DNA of 63,658 nt, filler included, from Dirinaria sp. TL-2023a (Eukaryota), in assembly GCA_051941275.1 (NCBI GenBank). It is 6 parts of 6 records of this genome, joined end to end, with 100 filler letters (N's around TTAATTAATTAA, not from the genome) between each part and the next. Parts side by side here need not be neighbours in the genome. Positions count along the whole stretch, not along the records: positions 42,547 to 53,054 come from JAVEBF010000931.1; positions 53,155 to 63,658 come from JAVEBF010000932.1; 4 more parts are not named here. The stretch is one strand, 5' to 3'. A program made the translations under genes and the position numbers. Positions 52,533 through 63,658 of this stretch are shown piece by piece. The stretch's first letter is position 1, and every line of letters starts with the position of its first letter. The notes under the pieces were generated by a model. It was not told where the DNA came from and searched no databases. It saw only the letters and a program-made list of their open reading frames with translations.

Positions 52533-53054
52533 CTAGGCTTGGGATATTACATTAGGCGGTTGGTAACCGATCGGTCGCCTGCAATGCTGGTCAGAGATTG
52601 GCTTGAAACGGCTATCACTGGGCCGTTACGTACTTGAAAAGCAGAATATGGGGTTCGGGCTCGTGCACTTCGTAGTGTTCCCAGCCCAGACTCTATATAG
52701 CGTGTGCTCATATTAGTTCGCTATCGTGGTACTTTTCTTGTAGGTCTTTCGTTTGTAGCACGCACTTGGGTAATTCCCAACCCTCGCCATTCTTCTTCCC
52801 ACAGCAGCTTTAACGTGCCCTTCGACGGGTCGAAGTAGTCTTTGGGAATCCTCTTCACCATATCCTTTGGCAGCTGCACATGCCGATACTCGAACTCGTC
52901 ATCTGAATATCTGTGATTCTTCGATTACTTTCTTGTTCTTTGCGTACCCCAAGAGGGGGCAGAGCCGTTTACCGCGAGGAGTAGTGGATGGCGTCTATAA
53001 ACTCGTCCAGCCGCGCCCTCTCCGCTTCCGAGAGCATCCTGGGGACTCTATTTC
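52533..53054 (-). CDS. CKS1: Cyclin-dependent kinase regulatory subunit Cks1/Suc1; 4 visible exons, N-terminus cut by contig edge
   Basis: Spliced: ..[84 protein letters not shown]; absent from the ORF track because exons are short. Confidence 0.95.
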
Positions 53055-53154
53055 NNNNNNNNNNNNNNNNNNNNNNNNNNNNNNNNNNNNNNNNNNNNTT
53101 AATTAATTAANNNNNNNNNNNNNNNNNNNNNNNNNNNNNNNNNNNNNNNNNNNN
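53055..53154. other. Artificial contig spacer
   Basis: Same linker. Confidence 0.98.
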
Positions 53155-53786
53155 ATATGATATTGTGACGCTGGGAGAAGGGGGGGCAAGATTTGGTTTG
53201 AATCCCCGTGCCAGAGCAGCGAGTCATGATTCATGGGGGCTTTACTACCTTATGTACGATACTCGTACCCCCCTTTTTTCCAAAAATAAAAATGAAAAGT
53301 TTTATGTGATGCGTACTTACCTTCAAAAAAGAGTTGTGAGGGGGGAAGGGGAGAAGGATTAAAGGGTCCCTGTACCCGTACTTCTCTTTTTCACACACAG
53401 AGACACACACAGATATGAAGAGAAAAATTTATCCCTTTTTCCTTTTGGCTCGATTTTAAAAAGGTAAAATACCTTGCAGGATTACCTATCTTCTCCAGAA
53501 TAAGGTAATAATGCTCGTAGAGTTAAAAGTAAGATTAGATAGATACCTTCTGGGTAAATAAAGGTACCCGTCCATTTCTTCTTTTTCATTCAAAACTCTC
53601 AAAAAAAAAGCAAGCAAAAAAAAAAAAGGAAAAGAACAACAGAAAATGAAGACACCTTTTACGCCTTCTTCCCACCAATCCTTGCTGCAAAAAAAAAAAA
53701 AAAAAATCCGCAACTTTGTACAATGATACCAAGGACACAGAACTGACTACCTACATACCCCCTTCCCCATCCAACCATACTAAACC

Positions 53787-55539
53787 CTAAGACGCAACGA
53801 CCTTACCACCTTCAACGAGAATCATTTCATCGATCCTCTTCTCCGTCCCGCCTTTCGCCTCGGCCCACTCGACGCGCTTCCAAGTCTCGATCCTCGCCTC
53901 GTTCATGTCGAAATCGTAGACCCGGACCCGGCGATGGAAGCCGCCGTACCCTGCGTAGCCGCCGAACCCGCTCCCGCCGGCATAGCACATCCATAGCTCC
54001 GGTTTGTGGGCGGCGGCGGCGTCGTTGTTGTTATTAGCGTCAGCCTCGCTACGTGCGAGGGCACAGTAATCGTTGACGTGATCGTGGCCGCAGGAGACGG
54101 CCAAGACGCCCTCGTCGACGAGGGCCTGTTTGAAGCCCGAATTGAAGCCCGGCGCGGTGGGGGACTCGCGGGCCTTGCCGCTGGCGTCGACGATGTCGTT
54201 CTGGTTGCGGTATTCGGGCAGCGGGATGTGGATGAAGGCCATGTCCATGTGCACGTGGCTGTAGCCGCTGTGGCTGGCGCTGTTCTTGAGGTCTTTGCTC
54301 GTCGCGCGGAACCAGTCGATTTGCGATTTCTTGAGCCAGTCGTAACCCCGGAATTGGCGCTCGTCCGGGCTGTAGCCGTGCGTATCCAGGAAGTAGAGCG
54401 TTAGGGCGGAGTGTGCAGACGATTTGTGTGCTAGGACTTCCAGGTAGTAGTTCCCTACCCCGTCCACTGCGGCTGGGCCATGAGTGCCCAGGCTGTAGGG
54501 GAGGGACTCGGATAGTTGCATGAGAGCTTCGCGGGATAAGGAACCCTCGTCATCGTGATTTCCGAAGATGGTGGCAAAGGGTATTTGGCGTGAGATAAAG
54601 AGTTCCGCATACTTGAAGACGGCAGATTGAGCGTCGGGCGCTGTCTCTCCGTTGACTTGATCCCCAGATAAGACCACCAAGTCCGGCTTTTCACTGTCAA
54701 GGACTGAGCCGACGAATTCAAGAGTCCGTGGATCGGCGTCGCATTTGCCGCCATTGTGGTTCGGTGGTTCAGGATCCCGGCATACGCCGAGGCCTGTGGA
54801 GAGATGTAAATCCGCGACTTGTAGTATCTTGAATTTCCCATCTTTGCGTACACGGAGACTCGGCTTCTCCGGTTTCACGACTGAGCCACGCCGGACAGTG
54901 AGATGTACTTCGGGGCTGTCGCCGGAGTTTGACAGGAGCAAAGGCTGGAGGGTAATTTGCCAGCCTGGACGCGCTTCCACAGCATCAGCACCGAAGAGTA
55001 CATCAACCGCTGTTACCGTCTTCACGCTGTCCGAAGCGTGCCGTTTCGACGTGCGCTTGAGCCAGATACCTCCCGGCCGAGATTCCCAACGTTCATGGCC
55101 CTGATCTTTCTCTGAAGTGACTGGGTCAAGGCGACCCACTCGAACATCAACGATGACTTTGTCCGCTTCAGTCAGCTCTGATTCTCGCTTGCGTTCGATG
55201 TGGATGTAAGCGTGCGAAACCCAGCCCTTGGAGAGATAGAGGTCCTTTTCAATGCGGTGCCATTTGCTGGAGTCAAGCTTGCAGGTGGATAGGATATTAA
55301 GCGAGGAACATGTCGCCAGCGTTATGTCGGTAATGACGAGGCCCGGATGATGCACTGGCAAGGCATTATGAATCGCATCGGGCAAGACTCGGAACCGACT
55401 GTCGAGAAGGAAAACAACGACGAAGACAGTGAGGGCTAGAACGCCGAGCTGAATGCTTGTACGGACCTACAAAAGCGAGGTCAATACTAATCTCAATAAG
55501 TGCCAAACTGAGAGGAAGTCCAACAATCCTACGAGTCAT
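53787..55539 (-). CDS. DCR2: Calcineurin-like metallophosphoesterase, Dcr2-like
   Basis: FKILQVADLH, VLSGDQ, FGNHDDEG, AFIHIPL, CGHDHVND; micro-exon MTRRI (ATG 55539) then an N-terminal TM helix. Confidence 0.85.
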
Positions 55540-56018
55540 TCTCGAGTATGCAGCTCAGTGCGAATTGGGAGCCAGGCCTGTCTCCCTTCCGCCCTCATTG
55601 GAGGGTTCACATTGGCAAAGCGATCAAATCCAGCCGTGTGCCTCAGTCGATGCAAAAGCCACTGACCATTAAAGCCGTAGGCAAGCGCATGATCCCTTAA
55701 GTGCCATTGACATTGAGGCATGCGCTGAATTGAGCTGCTGTTCGGACCTGGTTAGGTTGTCTAGGGCTTGAATATAATAGCCTGGAAAATTGACCGCTAG
55801 CCCGAAAACGGCGCAGACCTCGGCTTACCTAGAGTACGTACAAGTCACGGTAGCGAGAGAAAGGTAAGGTACTTTACCTTAGGTGAGCTGTTGTAGGTAG
55901 GAGGGTAGGTAGTGAAGTGCTTTACCTCACGCCGATTTCTGTTCATGGCTAAAGTCAAATGAAGATAGAGTTGATTGGATTTGCTGCCAAACTATTGAAC
56001 TTGGAGTATGGCCAGCGG

Positions 56019-57850
56019 TCAGAGTTCGTTTCTCTCGCCTTTCAGGACCTCACGCTCCACAGCCGCCAACCCTTCCACTGCCCCTGCATACTGTTCGAAA
56101 ATACCCTCCTGATACCCGTCCGCCACTCGCTCTATGAATTCCTCTTCTTTCCATCTAGCACCAACCAGTTGCTCAAAAGTCTCGCCTGGCTGACGTTCCA
56201 TTGCCCACACAGCTTTGTAGGCTGCCCCTAACGCGCACGCGTTTTCTCCAACGTCCAGGCGGTACACACCCTCTACGCCACCAAGGACTTCACCGGCAAT
56301 CATGGCTATGGCAGCATTCCTACTGCCGCCGCCGACAAGGTAGATCCTCCGTGGCTGAGCAGGTAGTCGCTTGTCTTCCGGAGGCTCTACGATGTCCTGC
56401 GATCGCAAGCGTAGCGAGAGCATCTGGCTTTCGACAATTGCGCGAGCGTCATCCTCGGGCAATGACCAAGCCGACTCACCATTAGATAAATCCTTACTGA
56501 CAGGATCGTAGTTAAAACGCCATATGCCTTCGCGTACATTTGGCACGATTTCTGGCTTTGGAAAGTAGAGGCCTACCTTCATTGGTGAATCATGACTTGT
56601 TTGCCCGAGCGGAGGAGCAGATGTCGCTGTCTGGTCAAATGTCTCCCAGGTGCCCGAAGATTGCTTCGTTACTGCCGGTAACGAGTCTCTAACTTTCTCT
56701 CTGGCCAGACCTCCGTTCTTGTAGCACAGCCTGTATGAACTGCGTCAACATGTATAATGGACACGTCTTGAACGATTCGCACATACATAAACATATAGAG
56801 ACCCGCGGTCGTTGGATGATTCATGAAGTGGACAGAGGGATCCGGCTTGTAATGAGGTGTTGACATGAGAAAAGTCGTGGAGGTTCCTAAGGAGACAATT
56901 GCATCAAGTGGGCGGAGGGGTAGGGCTAGGATCGTCGAAGGGTTGTCGCCCGTTGATGGCGCAATGGTACAGGAAGGGCTGAATTGATAGCGTTGCACGA
57001 AATAATCGCTTATGCCTCCCAGGTGAGCTCCACCGTCTTCTGGCACTTCCCCAAGCTTCTTCCTTAGGTCAACTGTTCCTTCCAAGCCTGCCGCCAGGGA
57101 CAACAGTTGCTCATTCCATTGGGAAGCCTTGATATCCCACAGGTTCATGCCACAGACATCGGAAATATCATATGGGGCTATCCTGCCAAGGAAAATGGAT
57201 GCAATGAACGATGACACGAGCGAAATTCGAGATGTTTTCCTGTATTCCTGAAGATGCTTGCGCCTGAACCGCAGAATTTGCGGTCCTGTGAATCTCTAAC
57301 AAATGGGCTTAGCTGTCTTAGCTGAACATAGGGAATGGGGAGCTCATACATGGTGTGCTTTACTTCCAGTATTTGCGGCGAGCTTCCATTCATCGCCGAG
57401 GAAAGCATCGAACTCATCACACTCTTTCTGGGTACTCGCATCTTGCCAATTGGGACTGTAGGGCCAGGAAAATGCACTCTCAAGCTGGGCTTCCAAACCT
57501 CTCCCAGGATCAAGCTCCTGCAATGCTCGGTCGCCTTCTTCGCTCCAATATACGCTTCCGTGTTGCATTCCGGCACCACTGACAGCTCTGACTGTACTAA
57601 AATCGATCCCATCTTGCTTTAGTCTCTGCAACACACCGTCTAGTGCTTGCAAAAAGGCTGCCACCGGCGCGTATACTTCACGTTCTTTTTCATTGGTGAG
57701 CACGCCTTTGGTTGTCCCGTAGCCTATGGAATCTGCGTCGAAGTCAAACTTGGCTTGATGCAGGACTTTGAGGTCAGGTGTCACGGCGATTCCTTTCAAT
57801 TGCTGTGTAGAAAGGTCAAAACCAAGATAGAGAGGAGGCTGAGACGCCAT
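56019..57850 (-). CDS. XKS1: D-xylulose kinase (FGGY family), 4 exons
   Basis: [63 protein letters not shown]. Confidence 0.94.
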
Positions 57851-58480
57851 CACAATAGTCTACGAACATTGGTTGAGGAGGTAATAATTAAGCTAACTAC
57901 CTACTCTATGTTTGAAACGGAGACGATCGCGGAAGGCGACGGGTAAGGGAAGTGTGGTACGAGTGTGACGTAGGCACAAGCCTGCGGATAGCTAAGGTAA
58001 GGTATGTAATGTGCCTTATAGCAGCTTGGGTAATCAGGGTGTGAACCGCCAATTTAATGAAGTGCATGCACTTTCCTTGGAAATAATAGGTAGCTTCCGG
58101 GCACACCCATTGACGCCCAGTGGAGCAGCGACCGATTTCAAAGTTTGAACGGCCTTCTTCAAAGTAAGGTACGAGGAAGGTACCCGGGTTTCAATTTAGG
58201 TGACTGCTTTTTCACATTAGCCGCTATCCGGTTTGAGCTTAGTGGGATTGAGTGAAGATGTACTCTGAAATAATTTCACTTCCTATGCGGAACATCCCTC
58301 GACGAATATCCTGCGCGATCCAGAATCGGGAGGTCGCCAACGTAGCAAGGTACTGTAGTATGCCACGCGGTGGAAAAATGCTGTTCTGTAAAGGGTGTTG
58401 TGCATATGTGCCGCGGCTAAACAAATATTCCGAAAGTACATCGGGACTGTCTTGAAATCGTGGTTGCCATTGAAATCGTC

Positions 58481-59924
58481 TCAGCGTCGGCGTCGTAGAT
58501 CACCATTCGAATGGTGGTCATGAGACTGATTCTCATGCCTCGCTTCTCTCTCATCTTGTGGCTCAGGGCTGACTCGAGTATTGACATCTCCACCAACAAA
58601 CTCGTCAGAGAAATTGGATGTCTTAGATTCCGTAGGCACAAAGCGGATCCTGACTTTTCGCACGCCTCGGACTTGAGAGCCTACTCGCTCGCGCACCACC
58701 TTCCCAACATTGTCAATCTCGTTGACCGACCAGGATCCTGGAACAGCCACTTCGACTTCCACTAGGTAGTTCTGCCCAGCTTTGACGCCTTGTATGCCTC
58801 GTACGCTGGCCTCATCCGTCGCTAGAGTCGATAGAGCGTTGGTAGCGGCCTTACGAATTGAATGCTTGATCTCTTCGTCCATACCAACGTCTGCTAATTC
58901 GAGTAATGCGGCACCGGTATTGAGCCATCCCGCTCTGATGACCATCAAGGAGACGATCAAGCCTCCGGTGGGATCAAGCCATGTGGCATCGGGAAGGAGA
59001 CGAGACCCACCAATGGCAATTAAAGCCACGACGCTTGTCAAACAATCAACACGATGGTGAACGGCATTAGAAGCGAGGACCGAAGACTTGCGCTCTTTAG
59101 CGACTTTCATAGCTGCGAAGGCCATAGGTCAGCGGATTCATGGCGAATGAACAAGAGCACATACTGGCGCGATACAGCCATTCCTTAACCACAATTGATC
59201 CTGCGGCCAACCAAGCAGCATTGATGTTAGGCGGCATGTGTGAATGCGTATGGGCTGCCATGCGTGGCAGGAAGTGGAAGTCGAAGAACTCGTGACACAA
59301 GACATCGCAAGCGTTCAGGCCCATCAAGATGCCGCCTGTCAAGAGAAGGCTACTCACCCCAAGAGATCCAAGGCTCTCGATCTTACCATAACCGCTTGGG
59401 AAACGAGAGGTTGGAGGCTTCAAAGCCCAGGCCACGGTTCCCAGCGTCATGAAGTCGGAGACGAGGTCGGTCAGAGCGTGTCCAGCATCAGCGACAAGCG
59501 CGTGAGAGTGGAAGAGCCAGCCACCGAAACCTTTCCCAACAGCCATCACCAGGTTGACGTATAGTCCGATACGAGTTATACGGACTCCAGCATCTTTCTT
59601 GTTGGCAGAGGTAAGATAGGTGTTGTCATGATGGTGGTGGTGGTGGCCTCCTCCATGGGAATGGCCAGAATGCTGACGCGACTGTTCTGAGCTCATGACG
59701 CGTCGCGACTGGATCTCAAGTTTCGTACTCGAGTGTTGAATCAATGCATTAGTGTAATGTTGAGCTTTGAATGGGACTGCTTTGATCGATCCCAGATCTA
59801 GCGATGGAGGAATACGTGGCCGCAAAGAAGCATGCTGAAACCCGATCACACAAATAACGGTCCGATCTGCAGAATGTCTTGGCACCACAAAGCTCAAAAG
59901 AGCGTTGGGCGCGATCTTATACAT
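58481..59924 (-). CDS. MMT2: Mitochondrial cation diffusion facilitator (Mmt1/Mmt2-like metal transporter), 2 exons
   Basis: His-rich HSGHSHGGGHHHHH, ITRIGLYVN, ADAGHALTDLVSD, FPSGYGKIESLG, ASNAVHHRVD. Confidence 0.85.
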
Positions 59925-60326
59925 GGCGGCTGATGATCGGTAGCGTTGTGTATTTTAATGGTACGCTTCCTGCTGTTCTGCTGATACAGACAGACAAAAA
60001 TTCATGGTTATTGACAGCTGCAGGCTTCCATGATATGCAGACTCTTTGGCAAGCTGTGTTTTGAATCGATATTGAGCTTCATAAGATAAGTCAGCTCAGC
60101 ACAGAGTCAAAGGTGCAGCAACATCTTCGGCTGAATGTCGATCATTTTAGCGTACCCGCGTTTAGAGCGGCACAAGTGTACCTTGAGAGTGTCGTCATCA
60201 TACATCCCCCCAAATGCCTTCATGATGATTGTATATAGTATACACAGAGGCTCTTTCCACACTCTGCTTCAGCCCGTCCCTGTTTATTTAGTATACCTGG
60301 TTTCAGTCAATCCCGATGCATCGTAA

Positions 60327-61580
60327 ATGCAAAAACCTTTTATGCGAATACCTTACACGGGAGCACTACCTCCACCCACCATCATTCCCAGAAACGCCAA
60401 TACTCCCACAGGAGCGATCCACGCGCTTTCGAAATTCCTCTCAGCTTCGGTTCAGAGCGAGAACGGGCAGAGGAGGAGAACCGTACTTTTGACAGGTGCT
60501 GGTATATCAGTGGCGTCCGGCTTGGCCGATTACCGTGGCACTGCGGGGACCTACACCTTGAACAAGAGCTATAGGCCGGTGTACTACAACGAGTTCCTCA
60601 GCAGCCACGAGGCGCGGAAGAGGTATTGGGCAAGGAGCTTTCTCGGGTGGACTAATCTCCATAGGGCAAGGCCCAATGCTGCTCATCAAGCAGTGGGGGA
60701 TTTGGGAAAGTTGGGTCTCATCAGCAGCGTCATCACGCAAAGTAAGTATGCGCTTTCGCAAGGCTTTGTGGGCCTAGCCGTTTTACAATCTCATTCCCAA
60801 AAAAAAAAAAAAAAAATCTCGCTAGCATGGCCACTGAATAATAGATCCAAATCAGATGTCGACTCCTTCCATCCCATAGCACATCCCACCCTGCCCACGC
60901 TCGAACTCCACGGCTACCTCCGTTCCCAGGTCTGCGTCCACTGCCACAACCACTACCCGCGCGACGAATTCCAACGCCAGCTCTCAGCGCTGAACCCAGC
61001 TTGGGCGGAGTTTCTGGCCGAAATGCTGGAAGCCGGCGCGCTGGACACGGAGAATCCGGACGAAAGGCGGAAAAAGGGGTTGAAGACGAATCCGGACGGG
61101 GACGTGGATCTGCCCAACGCTCCATACACGACGTTCCGCTATCCCCCTTGCCCCGTCTGCCTGGCCGATCCACCACTGCTCGCCAACGGGCAGCAGCACG
61201 CCGTGGTCGAAGTCGATGCGGGGGGCGCTTGGTCCCCCTCGTCGACGGCGGGAGTGCTCAAGCCGGCCGTGATCATGTTCGGGGAGTCGATTGCTGCGGG
61301 AGTTAAAACCGCGGCGGAAAACGCCATAGATGAGGCTGATAGGGTACTTGTGGTGGGGAGTAGCCTGGCTACTTATTCGGCGTGGCGGCTTGTGAAAAGG
61401 GCGAAAGAAAGGGGCATGCCGATTGGGGTCTTGAACCTGGGGGGCGTGAGAGGGGAAGATGGGTTCTTTGCCGACGCCCACGCCGACAACGATGGTAGAT
61501 TCGGGGTTCGGTGTAGTGCGAGTGTCGAGAAGATCCTTCCTAAGGTTGTAGATATCTTGCAGACGGAACATACTAAGTAG
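60327..61580 (+). CDS. NAD-dependent deacylase, sirtuin (SIRT4-like); intron 60742-60855
   Basis: LTGAGISVASGLADYRG, RYWARSFLGW, ITQN|VD, ELHG..CVHC, NPDGDV, LKPAVIMFGE, VGSSLATYSAWRL. Confidence 0.92.
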   Translation: MQKPFMRIPYTGALPPPTIIPRNANTPTGAIHALSKFLSASVQSENGQRRRTVLLTGAGISVASGLADYRGTAGTYTLNKSYRPVYYNEFLSSHEARKRYWARSFLGWTNLHRARPNAAHQAVGDLGKLGLISSVITQSKYALSQGFVGLAVLQSHSQKKKKKISLAWPLNNRSKSDVDSFHPIAHPTLPTLELHGYLRSQVCVHCHNHYPRDEFQRQLSALNPAWAEFLAEMLEAGALDTENPDERRKKGLKTNPDGDVDLPNAPYTTFRYPPCPVCLADPPLLANGQQHAVVEVDAGGAWSPSSTAGVLKPAVIMFGESIAAGVKTAAENAIDEADRVLVVGSSLATYSAWRLVKRAKERGMPIGVLNLGGVRGEDGFFADAHADNDGRFGVRCSASVEKILPKVVDILQTEHTK

Positions 61581-62049
61581 GTCAGGTAGTTAGGTAGGAA
61601 ATGAGATTTTGGTTACTTCAAGACCCCTCGCCCATTCCGAGAATAGGCTCCCTGAATGCAGCTCTCTACGACTACTATGCCTCATAGCAATAGCCACACT
61701 TTACATAGAACAGCATGGCTTTCTAAGGGACTACCATCACTACGCTTCAAGCTGGCCGATTGCGGGGCGTGGTGGAGCGCCTTGAGCAAATCGTACTCCT
61801 TACGATGAAGTCACTTTCATCACAGTAAGGTAAACACCTGCCACACACACACAAAAGACAACATAGGGTTCCATCATCGGCTGAGAAGCTCATTTATTGC
61901 AAATAATGTAAAACTTTTTCGCCGTGAGGCGCGAATTCTAGTTCTGGTATCATTCAAGCAAGAGCAAAGTCGAATATCCACCCGCCCCACATTCCATTAC
62001 ACCACGCTTATGCCATTGGAAAAAGTACCACGCCAAACCTCAGGGGTGC

Positions 62050-62824
62050 TCAAAGCAGCTCCTCGCAAGTCCAGTCCTCGTACCTGTAAAGCGTAATGTG
62101 TAAGTCCCGTAGTAGTAATAGAGGAGGAGGAGGAGGAGGAGGAGGAGGGAGGGATACTTACCAGCCGTCGGGATAGTAGCGGCGAATGATCAAGGGCATT
62201 TTCTTCTCACGGAGCTCCTTGATCGCGATCTGCAGCGGATCCGTTTCGCCCTCCAAATCGACGAGGACCGGCGTGTTGTTGCTAAACAATGTCGACGCGC
62301 CATTTATTAGCCCACAACAACAAGAAAGCGCGCGACACTTCTCAGATTTTTTTGGCAATGCAGGGGTTGATTGTGGAGCAATGGGAAAGACATACGAGAT
62401 CTGCTGCGCGCGCACGCCGAGCACGCGGGCACGCTCATACTTGGTCATGTATGGCGTGGTGAGGCGCTTCTCCTTCGGGATCTTCTTGTCTTGGACCGGC
62501 TGGCTGGATTTATTGACGGGGTTGCCGTCGTTGTCGAAACCGACCGTCTTCTGCTCGTCGGTGAGGCCGTTGGCGTCTTTTGCGGCATTGCTGCCGTTGG
62601 CGTTGTTGCCGGCGCCTTCGTGCTCCGGCTCGACGTCGTCTTGGTAGGGCTCCTCGGGCTCGTCGTATTCGGGCTCCGGGGGGTCGTACTCGTCGGGCCT
62701 GCAAAGGAGGTGTCAATCGCGTTGTTATTATTTTGACTGTGCAAATTCATGTTCGGTGAGGAGAGGGGGGTTCGATGAGAACCACTTACGCGTAACCATT
62801 GTCATCGTACCCGTCGTCAGACAT
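62050..62824 (-). CDS. RPB6: RNA polymerase I/II/III shared subunit RPABC2, 4 exons
   Basis: Acidic N-terminus; [52 protein letters not shown]. Confidence 0.93.
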
Positions 62825-63476
62825 GTTGGACCTACGATCACTGTCCGGCTCGCTGTCTTGGTCCGACTCACTCTCGGTTTGAGGTTCGTCCTCGTTGTTG
62901 GCCTCGCTATCGGTGACGGGATCACCTACAAGTGTTGGTGGGGAGGACGGTGTAGGTGATGTGGAACTATGTAGTAGATCTGGTTGTGGTGATTGTGGTG
63001 ATTGTGGTGGTTGTGGAATTGGAGGGTGGTAAAAATCATAATCATCAAGCATAACATTGTTGACGATATCATTGAGAGTGAAGTTAGGCCTATCATCGTC
63101 TCCTCTTTCCTCGCGGGAAGCCATGGTGGGGTTATGGTAGCAGGGTGGTTGATGGAGGGAAAGTTTACACGAGCACGTGACTCTCAGATTATTTAAGTTC
63201 GGTTTTGGGAGCTAAGCAGGGCTAAGCGAAATTGCAATTTGACGCGTCAACACTCGATTAGCCGAGCCTCCCAGCCAGCCCCATCAAAACAGACAACACT
63301 TCAAAGCTGTACCATAACACCAATACCTGAATAAGAGGGCCATCATCAAATAGGCTAATTGGCAAAGCAGTACCAGTACCATGACAGGAGAACCATAAAG
63401 GCAAAATGAACAAGCATGAGTACCAAGTCTTGCTGAGGCATAGGACATAGCTGTTTCCATTGGCAGACTCAATTGA

Positions 63477-63658
63477 TTACTTCGGCTTCATCAAGTTATC
63501 GTCGACCTTTATCTTTTCATTCGCCTTCAGGTGCCTCTTGATGATGACCATGGCCTGCTCTTTGACGCCTAAGCCTGCTAGAGCGCTTCCCTTGCGCTCG
63601 ATCTTTGCCGCGTGAGGTACCCACTTATACCTCTCGTCCTCTTCCTTCTTATTACGGT
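63477..63658 (-). CDS. Possible 3' end of an unidentified gene running off the window
   Basis: About 59 open codons from the window end (RNKKEEDERYKWVPHAAKIERK...KVDDNLMKPK*); no family recognised. Confidence 0.3.
   Translation of the reverse strand, partial: RNKKEEDERYKWVPHAAKIERKGSALAGLGVKEQAMVIIKRHLKANEKIKVDDNLMKPK

Noticed and set aside
56019..61580. Xylulokinase-CDF-sirtuin as a functional cluster
   Set aside because: Unrelated conserved housekeeping genes at normal gene density

Overview
Eukaryotic, intron-rich DNA from a filamentous ascomycete (Pezizomycotina). It is not one continuous locus. Six contigs of 10545, 10545, 10542, 10514, 10508 and 10504 bp are joined by identical artificial 100-bp spacers (N44-TTAATTAATTAA-N44), so gene neighbourhoods are only meaningful within a contig. 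Three contigs carry housekeeping genes: MRP21/TDP1/flbA; CHD1/RLI1; and DCR2-like/xylulokinase/MMT-type CDF/SIRT4-like/RPB6. The other three each carry a secondary-metabolite locus. (1) A compact four-gene locus built on a UbiA-type (Fma-TC-like) putative terpene cyclase, with a P450, a GMC oxidoreductase and a PTH11/SAT4-like membrane protein. (2) The 3' half of a non-reducing PKS (AT-PT-ACP-TE, OrsA-like) near a three-repeat Myb transcription factor and a GH12. (3) A bifunctional class II/class I diterpene synthase next to a BBE-like FAD oxidase and a BAHD/Tri101-like acyltransferase, bordered by CKS1. Gene models were spliced by eye, and family calls come from remembered motifs, not database searches.
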